Assembly: GCA_008632985.1 (NCBI GenBank)
Contig: QPGO01000037.1
Location: 496,001 to 560,000 of the forward strand
Source of the DNA: Psammoneis japonica
Lineage: Eukaryota
DNA length: 64,000 nucleotides
Direction: 5' to 3'
Shown: positions 26,871 to 36,751 of the stretch, one piece after another
Numbering within the stretch: the first letter of the stretch is position 1
Layout of the letters: each line of letters starts with the position of its first letter
The notes under the pieces: model-generated
What the model was told of the DNA's origin: nothing
Databases searched by the model: none
The model's input: the letters and a program-made list of their open reading frames with translations, nothing else
Made by a program: the position numbers and the translations under genes

Positions 26871-27093
26871 GGCACGTACGCACCGTACCGTATGCTGCCG
26901 ACTGTTGTGACTGATTATATGTTGATGGATGGACAGACTGACTTAGAGAAACATGGTGCGTGACGTGATAATACCAAGGAAACCGTAGAACCTACGAAAG
27001 AGAAAAAACGCATGCAAAGTTCTGCATGAAAGATGCAGATGGGCTTCGCACTGTCAATGATGCTCTCGCTGCTTGTTTCACGAATAACGCACA

Positions 27094-28989
27094 ATGAGTC
27101 GTTACCACAGCGGACCACCGACCATGGCAGAAGATGATGGCGACGACATGTGTGACAGACGTGGCAAGAAGGACAAACGAACTGTTGAAGAAGCAGTGAT
27201 GGATCAAGCGGCTCAAGATCATCAAGCTCGCAGATGGCAGAGAAAGCTTCGTCAACAGCAGCATCGTCAAGAACGATCTCATCCCCAACTAGTAGATGTG
27301 TCGGACCTAGAAGAGAGTATTGATGTGCCAGTCTCTGCCATGTCTGGTGCTTTTGCAGTCTATGATGAAGGGGACGTTCGACGACGTGGGCGAAATGATG
27401 ACTTGACTGTCGTTTCTGGTTTGGAGTCTGATCGATTGGATTCTGTCATGCCACCGCCGGAGCAAAACGTCAGCACTCTACATGTTGAGGACGCTCAACC
27501 AACAGGCGATTTCGTTGGTCGTTTTCGACAAGGTGAAATCAGTCGAATGGTTCAGGAGGAGAATGCTCGCCTTCAGCAATCCCTTGCCCATGCTGAGGTT
27601 GCTCAAGCTGTCCCGGTATCCGCGAACGACAATGATCAAAACGATGAGGAAAGGACAGAAGAAAAGAGAGAAAGACGGAAACGCTTTTTTATTTATGGAA
27701 TTGTAATGCTGGTGATTGTTCTGGTTGCAGCAGTCGCGATTGGAGTTCCAGTTGCAATCATGAGCAACAACAAGAATGACACTCCTGCTCCCACTCCATC
27801 TCCGACTAGCTCTATCGTTCCTCTCCCCAATACGCTGTGGCGACCCGTTGGTCAAGTTTTGAATGGCAGAGACTCACTTGACTTCTTTGGGGAATCTGTA
27901 GCCTTATCGCACGACGGCGGTGTTGTGGCTGTTGGAGCAGAACAAGCTTCGGACCCAGGGTACGTTGCCGTGTTTCGATTAGATCAATCTAGACAAGAGT
28001 GGGCACAAATAGGTGAAGACTTGGTTGGAGAAGCTGATGGTGACGAATTTGGTGAATCGGTGGCATTGAATGGAGATGGCAATATAGTTGCGATTGGAGC
28101 TGACAACAATGGCAGCGGCGGGACAGGTTCTGGTCATGTTCGTGTTTACGGATACAACAACGCCTTCGACACTTGGACCCAAATAGGCAATGGCATTGAT
28201 GGACTAGCAGCTGGCGATAGATTTGGCGCCTCTGTATCTCTTTCAGACTCGGGAACCATTCTTGCCGTTGGGGCTTCTGGTGAAGACACGGACGGTGGCG
28301 ACAATTCTGGATCGGTTCGTATATTCAAATACGACGCAGGGACATGGGAGCAACTCGGACAGGCACTCACCGGCCAATCTGTTAATGATCAAGTAGGCGT
28401 ATCAGTTTCTTTGAGCAGTTCGGGGACGATAATTTGTGTTGGATCAAGTGGAAATGATGTGTCGGTGTACGAATACAATTCTGAATCGTCATTGTGGGAT
28501 CCAAAAGGTAACGCAGCGAACGGAAGAATCAGTATCGATTCGTATGGGTCTGCTGTTTCTCTTGATGACAGCGGTTCCGTTATGGCCGTGGGATCACCTT
28601 TTAGCGGCGAAAGGGTGTTAATTTTTGCTTACGATCGTGCATCTTTGACGTGGAAACAAAGAGGTCAAACTCTAGAGACGCAACAGGAGGGCGATGCCTT
28701 TGGCTCTTCAGTGGCTTTGAGCGGAAACGGGCATGTCGTGGCAGTAGGAAGTTTTCGGTACAATATCGAAACTCGAGAAGACGTGGGCCAAGTTTCAGTC
28801 TTTCAGTTTGACACAAGCACAGAGAGCTGGGTTGAGGTGGGCAAACGATTAAATGGTGCCTCTAGGCGTGATACTTTTGGAAATTCCGTATCATTGTCTG
28901 TCGACGGCAGTGTGCTTGGAGTGGGAGCAAGGAATCGCGATCTAAACGGCGACGACAAAGGGTCCGCATATATTTTCACCGTCTTGTAG
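27094..28989 (+). CDS. Single-pass membrane protein with FG-GAP/integrin-alpha-like beta-propeller repeats
   Basis: 631-aa ORF with TM segment FFIYGIVMLVIVLVAAVAIGV, a PTPSPT stalk and seven repeats of FG.SVALS.DG..VAVGA...G.VRVY. Confidence 0.9.
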   Translation: MSRYHSGPPTMAEDDGDDMCDRRGKKDKRTVEEAVMDQAAQDHQARRWQRKLRQQQHRQERSHPQLVDVSDLEESIDVPVSAMSGAFAVYDEGDVRRRGRNDDLTVVSGLESDRLDSVMPPPEQNVSTLHVEDAQPTGDFVGRFRQGEISRMVQEENARLQQSLAHAEVAQAVPVSANDNDQNDEERTEEKRERRKRFFIYGIVMLVIVLVAAVAIGVPVAIMSNNKNDTPAPTPSPTSSIVPLPNTLWRPVGQVLNGRDSLDFFGESVALSHDGGVVAVGAEQASDPGYVAVFRLDQSRQEWAQIGEDLVGEADGDEFGESVALNGDGNIVAIGADNNGSGGTGSGHVRVYGYNNAFDTWTQIGNGIDGLAAGDRFGASVSLSDSGTILAVGASGEDTDGGDNSGSVRIFKYDAGTWEQLGQALTGQSVNDQVGVSVSLSSSGTIICVGSSGNDVSVYEYNSESSLWDPKGNAANGRISIDSYGSAVSLDDSGSVMAVGSPFSGERVLIFAYDRASLTWKQRGQTLETQQEGDAFGSSVALSGNGHVVAVGSFRYNIETREDVGQVSVFQFDTSTESWVEVGKRLNGASRRDTFGNSVSLSVDGSVLGVGARNRDLNGDDKGSAYIFTVL

Positions 28990-29504
28990 ATGCCTGTACC
29001 GTAAGGCAACACCATACAGTATGGCTTGGGTGCTGACAAGGACTTCGCGTCAGGTTTGTTGACGTCACGCGCTTGTTGCAAAAACAAAGTAACAAGGATA
29101 TACAATTGCCGAACGGCAGCAAGCAGCAAAACAATAAACGTATCTTTTGGTGTCAAGCAAATGGACAAACTGTTGAAGTCGGACCAGACAAGGATGCCGC
29201 AACCTTGTACCGGCTCGTGCTGGATCCGACAAGTGAGAAACCCGTTCTCGCATTTGCTTGTCGCTCCAGAGAGAATATCTGTACTCCATAGAATCGAAAT
29301 AGTAATGGACGGAACAAATAGCTACAATACAATAGTAGCAAGTGCCTCGACTGACAAGAACTGCATTTCATCCTCGTGGATTCGAGCGTGCTTCCTATCT
29401 TGGGAGTCCAACAGTCAAGACGATCGCACGGTATCTTCACAGGTATGATGGCCGATCTCGAGCAGAGTGCGCGCTCTCTCCATTTTCATCCCATACACTC
29501 TCGC

Positions 29505-30382
29505 CTATGGCCACGTGACAATGACGGTGATATTGTCAAAACTTCCACGAATCAACGCCTCCTTACAAAGTTTGTGAGCAATCTCGTCTTTATCCATACC
29601 CTGAGCTTTCCAATTCCACACCAAATTGACAGCTTCTTGATCCTGCAAGACATCCCACAGTCCATCACAGGCAATAATCAAAAAGTCACTCTCGTCCTCT
29701 TCCCAGTCCCTCTGGGTATACGACACGAACGGCTTGGCAATGACAAATTTCTTCAATCCGTAGTCCCCCAAACTCCTCGCCACAGCCAGCACTCCCAAGA
29801 CTCGTCCCTTCAATACAAAACCACCCGCTTGCTCAATTCGTTTGACTTCATCCGTGTCGTCGGCACGGTGATCGTGTGTCAAGCGTTGGCTCGGCCCGCA
29901 CAACTCCCATACGTTATACGTGCGTCTCCAGCATTGGCGGAGTGAATGGCGGTGCACACAAATCTGGACTGCTCCTCATTCAGCTCGTATTCTAACAAAC
30001 ACAAGGCGACTGTTGCACCCGACGTTTCTATTCCAGCCTTGACATGACTGCAAATGTCGGTCAGCAAAAAACTGCGTTCGAGTTTTTCCTTCATGCTACT
30101 GTCATCATCATCGACAGACAATTCTTGCTTGACGACGTGATGAAGGGTCGCGTGCAGGTAATCACAAATTTCACGTCCCCCGTGGCCGTCGTAAACTGCC
30201 AAGAGACTGTACTTTTTCGTAATGCCATTCTTATCCACAATCGTTACCAAGTCGGGTTGAATCATGTAGGCGTCCTCCATGGTGGAACGTTTGGTTGGAT
30301 TCATTTCTTCTGCAACCCCATACATCAACTCGGGCAGTGACGGCATTGACATTACTTCTGAAGACGTCGGAGATGACGACAT
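29505..30382 (-). CDS. Protein phosphatase 2C (PPM family) with one apparent 1-bp frameshift near 29888
   Basis: Motifs RSTMED, AVYDGHGG, SGAT, ANAGDAR, LTHDH, LAVARSLGD, IIACDGLWDV and GSFDNITV are split across ORFs 29879-30598 and 29505-29957. Start codon inferred. Confidence 0.85.
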
Positions 30383-30739
30383 TGATGATGACACAAGAAT
30401 TATGACCGATTGACTCAAGATGCTGATGAGGGTCGAAGGAGAGGAGATGGTATTTGTTTGGTACAGTAGAGCGACAGCAGCGGCGGTTTGTCTTTGTTGT
30501 TGTCTCTCGCTCTCCATCGTTTTTGGTGCGCTTCGAGGGTGGCGCGTCGCGGCGCGCGATTGGCGAAGATTCAAAAATTGCAACAATGACTGGGACATCT
30601 AGTAGAGGGCTACGTACCTTTCTACATTCGTCTTTTCCACATTGAAATCACGTAGGGCCCCATGCTTGCAGAAGTGGTGGCATTTTGGAAAAATGCAAGA
30701 CTGAAACGCATTTTGGAGTTGTCGGACGAACCACATTGG

Positions 30740-31710
30740 TGTGGTGTGATGTGTCCGTCATCATCACATTCACGAGAAATGTGCAAACAATGTGTTCCCT
30801 CAGCATGCAAAACCTTTGCGGTGATGATGGCATGCCACAGTGGAAAACCCACAGGCTCAGATGTTCAACCTGAGCCTGTAGAAAACCAACTGCAGTGGGT
30901 GACGCACTTGATTTTCTGGAGATGTGGGGGGGGGGGGGTCTGACCCTGCTGAGCATGTTCCTGCTGAGCTTGTCCCAGCCTTGTTTGTGCAATCTTGCAA
31001 ACACACAAATTGTGGACAAAAGAGACATTGGTGCCTTCACAGCAAGCTCTCAAGCAGTGGAGTTTTGCCATTTTTAAAATGTCAGGTTCCCCTCTGCCTC
31101 TGTGTGTGTGTGCTCCAAAAAGTCAGCATGGCGAGCTCTTTTGCACACCTCCATTGCCCAGTGCATGCCTTGGCTCAATTGGGTGGAATGTTTCAGAGTG
31201 GACACCATGTTGTGTGACTGATCCCCTGGCATTGTGAAAAACACCAGTGGCTCCATGTTTGTCAACGTTCCTGACAATGACGTGCATGTTGAGCTGCACA
31301 CTTTGATTGTGTGGAGAAACAAGGATGATCTGCTCCACCAGCCAAAGCCACTCTGCCGCCCCCAGCAGACAACATTGACTCCTGCAGCCTGTTTGACCCA
31401 GTCCAGTGGAATGGTCCTGGGCAGCAACTCACTTGGGAGTGCACATGGCCCCTTTCGCTCTCCAACTTTGCTTCTTCGAGTGTGCAGTGGACGCCACAAT
31501 GTCATGTGCAGGAGAGGGCATGGCTTTTCACTGCTCTGCTTTGACCCACCAGTGTAACTCTTCATCAGCAACTCTCCAGATTGAGTGGAACAATTGAAAA
31601 GAAAAGAGGGGGGTGGCCCATCGGGATCTGTGCTGCCAACAGATTGTGAGCAACATTTTGGCTTTCATGGCTGCTGCCTCACACAAGATTGATCCAGGCA
31701 ATCTGGCTTC
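30740..31710 (-). mobile_element. Relic element 3' portion, paralogous to 33711-35035
   Basis: Shared blocks: 30758-30830 with 33742-33813; about 31210-31265 with about 33963-34015; about 31594-31700 with about 34922-35032. Both minus-strand frames end HH..KGFAC*. Confidence 0.55.
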
Positions 31711-31789
31711 AGTCTTTGTGGGGAGTTGTCAACACACACTGTTTTCTCAATCAGTTTGTGTTTGTCAAATTCAGGCAGTGAGAATTGAT

Positions 31790-33180
31790 CAGTGGCAAAG
31801 AGCCCACCCTTGGTTTCCCCAAGTCTTGGTGGCAGATTTCTCATTTCTCACAATGTTCCACTGTCAAGAAGGATGTGCAGTGGCTTGTTTTTCTCCTTTC
31901 CCAAGGAAGCATTCCTGCAAGCAATGACTGCTGGACTGGTGTGGATTGTTTTTGCCCTTTTTCCAGGCTTTCTAACATCCAGTGTGTGATGCACAAGACT
32001 CCTCGAGCGGCGACAGTCATTCTTCAGAATCGCTGCATGTCATCTTCTCAAATTGACAGTTTTCCTCACTGAGGGCATCAGAGTCATGTTCCTTGCTCTT
32101 GCACTTTGAATTTTTTGCCTTGGAAGTCATCTAAAGAGAGTTGTTGACCAATTGTTTGTTCATGGCATTCAATTCCTCTTGCTTTTGGAGTGGCATTTTT
32201 GGCATGGCAACAAGACCACGCATGTGATTGCCGTTGGTGCATTGCCATTTCAAGTTGCATTCAGCATTCTCTCAGTGTTCATTTGCCAGTCATTTGATGA
32301 CCCAGCACTGATCTATGTTGTGAGTGTTTTTCTTGCAATGACTGCACCGCTCATCAGATTCAGACCATTTGGCACCAGATGGATGACCACCATTTTTGGA
32401 GCCATTTCTGGAGCCACTTTTGGTTTTGGAACCAGGCTTGCCTTCATTGTCATCCTTGACATAAATTTGGTTGAACATGTCCTCTGCAACCTCCAGATGT
32501 TCCAAAAATTCAACCAACTTGTCAAAGGCATGATCCACAATTTCAAAACCTTGTGGGGTTGACTGATGATGTCACTTGTGAGGTGCAAGGTTGCAGACAA
32601 CATCCTTGAGCCCATCTTTGTCCAGATTCTGGTCAGATTTGCAGGGAGGATAGAACTTGAAATCTTTGTTGACCTCCTGAGCCCATGCAGCAATTTCTCG
32701 GATCTTCGTTGAGTCTGGCTTCTTGAGATCATGACACAGGTGTTGTTTCTGATTCTGAAGTGCATTCTTTGGGAAAACACATGTGGCTTGAGAGATGATG
32801 CAGGCACTTTTTGAAGGCTCCTTCAGCTTCTTCTTCAACGTGCATTTCCTTGTTCTCAAAAACTTGCAGAACGTCTCCCTGCAACAACACATGCATCATG
32901 CGGAACTTGTCGGCTTGCTCCATGATGTTCTGTCCAATCAAAAGTTTTGTGCAGTTCTTCAGAAATTTGATGTACTTTGGAACTCCCTGCTTGTTGCAGC
33001 ACTTGATGTTGATTGTGCAGGTGCAGCTCTTCTTGTCTCCAGGATGAAAACACTGCTCCATCTTCATGTGCTGGCTCAGTTTGAGAGTCTTTGGCTTGGA
33101 AAACAACTCCAGCAGTTGAGGTGCAATCTTGTCCTGCTTGACTGTGGACTTGCTGTTGGCTGCATGAGATGAAAGCTTCA
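31790..33180 (-). mobile_element. Ty3/Gypsy gag and protease remnant
   Basis: Gag motifs GQN...LLQGD.L..F...AF..CL..L...FPK, ALQNQK..L..DLKKP...KIRE and LVEFLEHLEVAE. CCHC knuckle CSHCKKNTHNIDQC (about 32305-32346). Protease KPLHILLDSGT (about 31855-31890) followed by TW.TKGG.F.T. Confidence 0.85.
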
Positions 33181-33431
33181 TTTTTGTGCTTTTGCCTTCT
33201 GTGGTGTGTGTGCACAATGCACTGTGCTTGAAGAACAAGCACAAATGAAAGCAGAGCAAATCACAAAAAGTGGAAAATTGTGAGATTAGATTCTGTGCTG
33301 AGATTTTGGGATTCTCTGAAGGAGCCCTCGATGGCCTGAAGCCATCATGCTGCTCCTGCAGAGCAAAGGCCGTGACAACAGATTGTCCAGATGTGATCAA
33401 CATTGACATTTTGTGAGTCAACATCTTTTGT

Positions 33432-33696
33432 CAATTGCACCCGCAATTTTAGACTTCAGATCAATTCTGTGTGATCAATCTGACCGTTGCATGCATCCAC
33501 GATTGTTGCGCAATTGACATGTGCAACAATGTGCAATTGCGAACATGATGTGCAATTTTGTCTGCCAATTGCATCTGCAATTTTAGACTTCTGATCAATT
33601 CTGTGTGATTGATCCAACCATCGTGTGCATCCACAATTGTTGCATGATTGACATTTGGAACAATCTGCAATTGTGAACATGCACAATTTTGTCTGC
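33432..33696. repeat. About 134-bp tandem duplication
   Basis: caattgca..gcaattttagacttc.gatcaattctgtgtgat... occurs at 33432 and 33566, with many CA/TG/CG swaps. Confidence 0.85.
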
Positions 33697-33710
33697 TTGG
33701 CAATGCATGC

Positions 33711-35035
33711 TGCACATGTGTGTGTGTGTGTGTGTGTGTGATCATTGTCACATTCACAAGAAATGTGTGCACAATGCATGCCCTCAGCATGCAAAACCTT
33801 TGTGGCAATGATGATGAGACACCACAGAACTGCTCAAACCAAAACCAGCACTCTGTAGATGGCAAGTGTGGCATTTGATTTTCTTGTGTGTTGCCTGCTG
33901 GTTGTCTTTTGTCAAGGCAGGTTGCCACAGTCCAGACTCCAATGGGGTGGGGTGACCCACAACTGTGTGGCTGATCCCAGCAACACAGAAAACACCAGCA
34001 CTGCCTTGTTTGTCAAAACACATCTGCCAATGTGCTTTGTGCTTGGGGCCACTGCTTCTTTTGGCACAGGAATGATGGGGTGATCTCTGTCAAGGCCACT
34101 CACCCAGCAGGCAAAATGCCAGTCATCATGCAGCGTTTTTGCCTCTGATGGCTTCCAGGCCCATCCACCTTCTTTTCTTGACTGTCTTTCCATCTGCTTC
34201 TTGGAATGCACAAACAATGGCACTGCCACAAGAATTTGTGCTGGAGGAGAGGGAGCACATTCCCAAATGATGAGGCTTGCTGGCACACTCTTTTTTGGAC
34301 ACACCAGCTGGGTGGGATGATGGCCTCATTGCTGTCCATTCAATGTGGCAGAGGGATGTGGCCATGGCATTGTCCCAGAGGAGCAATGCCAACTTGTGCC
34401 AACAAGCAATCAGTTGTTGAATCACAAGAATGACCAATGCTGCAGGCAGGAACAGGTGCCTGTGATGACTTCCTTGATGGCTGTGGGCACAAGACCAAGA
34501 GAAGAGCAAGCATGATGACAGCATGCAGCATCAAGCCATTCATCATTTACCTCAAGTGAACACTGATGAAAGAAACATGTCAAGGGTGATGAGCACACAC
34601 TCTTGCATTTTGGTGGGATTCCAGGCATGGTGCATGGCCAAAAAAAAAAACTCACATTCATGGGTGCACTTGATGAACATGAAGAGGGATGCAGGACATG
34701 ATGGAAAAGCACATTGGTCTGAATGAGTCCAACACTGTAGAACTGATCATCATCTTAGTTGCTTTTGTTGCACTGACATTTCTGCTTGTTTGGGGGTCTG
34801 TTGCAGCAGCAGGTTCAGATCTGCTCTCCATCTCCCATCACACACTTGTTGTTGCTGCTCTGCTTTCACCAGCCACCAGCATGATCGTCCTTTGGCAACC
34901 CTCCACATTGAATGGCACATCATTGAAAAGAAGAAGAGGGGGAGGGCCCATTGGAACCTCTGCTGTCAACATGATTGTGGGCACCATTTTCAGCTTTCAC
35001 GGTGGCTGTTTTGTTCATGATTGATCCAGGCATTG
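33711..35035 (-). mobile_element. Relic element ending in a (CA/TG)n tail, paralogous to 30740-31710
   Basis: Homology blocks as listed for 30740-31710; (TG)12 at 33717-33740 is preceded by TGCACA. Confidence 0.55.
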
Positions 35036-35731
35036 TCAATCCACCAGCTGTGGTCTTTGGTGGGAGCGATCAGCACAGTGAGGATTTTTGTGATGGACAT
35101 TAACACTTTGTTGAAGGCTCTTCCACAGCATGCCTACGGACACTGCCACTCATTGCTGTCAGTGGTGTTGGCAGCAATTGTCGGTGGTGTTTGCTGCGTG
35201 TGGGCTGTTGTACGAAAGTGCAGTCATACCTGCCTCTTTGGACATTGCATTGCTCTAGCAGAGAGGTGGAGAGATCTAGTTACATTGTAGAGTGCGGCAG
35301 TAGCTGCAAAAGAAATGCTCGGTTCGAATGTCATTTCGCTGCTCTAGAACAATGGGAAGAAAAGCGCAAATGTGTGATTTGAAATTCAAATTTTCAACCT
35401 AAGCAATGTGAAGATACTTCAATGCTCTCCACGAACTTGGTGGACCCTGATGGACCTGCCATTAACTATGATCTATGGGATGCGTTGCAACTATTAAATT
35501 GCTTCAAGTAGCGTGAGCAATGTTGTGACGATGCACTTCAACTCTATGTGAACATAAAGCGCTGGACTCACTTGTGGATTCTGTAGCATTTCTTGATAAA
35601 GCACGACTCTGCTAGAGAGCCGAAAGTGTCCATATTTGCATTGAGAACGCCGTTCAGAAGAGAATTTCAAACACGTTCCTAGCACTGAATGCACCGGCTA
35701 CTTTTCCTGGTAACTGACTAGAGTGGTTGTT

Positions 35732-36751
35732 TCAGCCTTCGCTTTTGGCTCTTAACTCTTCTTGCACCCGATGAATTGCCGGTAGTCCCCGAGTGTGGTT
35801 AGCGGCAGCCTCGGCCATTATCTTATAGCTGGCACTAGCGGCACCGGCACTGGAATTCGCCATTGATGCTCTCTCCTGGTGCATGGAACGGAGTTCTGTG
35901 ACTTCCGTTTTGACAAATGGGTGTGCTGCCATCATGGCAGAGTCGTGTCGTTGTGTAGGATCCTTGTCACAACAACAGCGTACAAAGTCAAGCATTTCCG
36001 GAGACCACTCATCCGGGTCGGCCAGCGTCGGTGATGGTTTGGTGGGAATGACGAAAATGGCACGGAGCGGGTTCAACTCTGAGTGCGGTGGCGCACCTTC
36101 AGCCATTTCTACAACCGTGATACCCAAACTCCATACATCAGCACGTCCATCATAGTGCGACTCGCGAATGACTTCGGGCGCCATCCAGTATGAAGAGCCT
36201 GCAACTACATGTGGTGTGCTTGGCATTTCCGCTGCTCGACCGAAACCCGCCAGTTTAACGTATCCCTCGTTTGTCAACAATACATGCTGGCACCTAACAT
36301 CACGGTGACAAACGTTCATCACACCATGCAAGTACTCTAATGCTAAGACAACGCTGGCGCAAACGGCCCTGATAAAGTCTTCTGGCAACATTGATTCCTT
36401 GTTGGCCTCGATCAGATCCACCATACTTCCACCATCGCAGTGCTCCATAACAATCCACATTTCCTTGAGTTTGTTGAAACACTCCAAATACCGTATAATA
36501 TATGGTGAATCACATCGACTAAGAATCCTGACTTCACGCATGCTCTTTTCAATTTCGTCTGTCGTTTCATTAGGGATCACTTTAACCGCAACCGTGGCTC
36601 CGGTAGGCTTGTGAGTGGCTTGATAGAGCTTGTGGGTAGATGGGGGGAATTCAGTTTTCCCGAGGGGCCCAAAAGAGCCTTCTCCAAGCAGGGTGACGAT
36701 ATCAAGATCATCCGAATTATCTTCTGAAACCTGATTCAAAACAAAGGGCAT
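35732..36751 (-). CDS. STE20/MST-like Ser/Thr kinase with degenerate catalytic motifs
   Basis: LGEGSFG, VAVK, YWMAPEVIRESHYDGRADVWSLGIT.VEMAEGAPPH...NPLRAIFVIP (STE20 signature). The catalytic loop reads HRDVRCQH and DFG reads GFG. Confidence 0.85.
   Translation of the reverse strand: MPFVLNQVSEDNSDDLDIVTLLGEGSFGPLGKTEFPPSTHKLYQATHKPTGATVAVKVIPNETTDEIEKSMREVRILSRCDSPYIIRYLECFNKLKEMWIVMEHCDGGSMVDLIEANKESMLPEDFIRAVCASVVLALEYLHGVMNVCHRDVRCQHVLLTNEGYVKLAGFGRAAEMPSTPHVVAGSSYWMAPEVIRESHYDGRADVWSLGITVVEMAEGAPPHSELNPLRAIFVIPTKPSPTLADPDEWSPEMLDFVRCCCDKDPTQRHDSAMMAAHPFVKTEVTELRSMHQERASMANSSAGAASASYKIMAEAAANHTRGLPAIHRVQEELRAKSEG

Larger units (their letters stand above)
30660..35200. other. TpA- and CpG-depleted relic domain D3
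   Basis: TA is almost absent between about 30660 and 35100, and CG is also scarce. Normal sequence flanks it at 30601-30654 and from about 35210. Confidence 0.85.

Noticed and set aside
29879..29957. Intron or programmed frameshift in PP2C
   Set aside because: There is no room for an intron between adjacent conserved motifs and no slippery site; a one-base homopolymer loss explains it.
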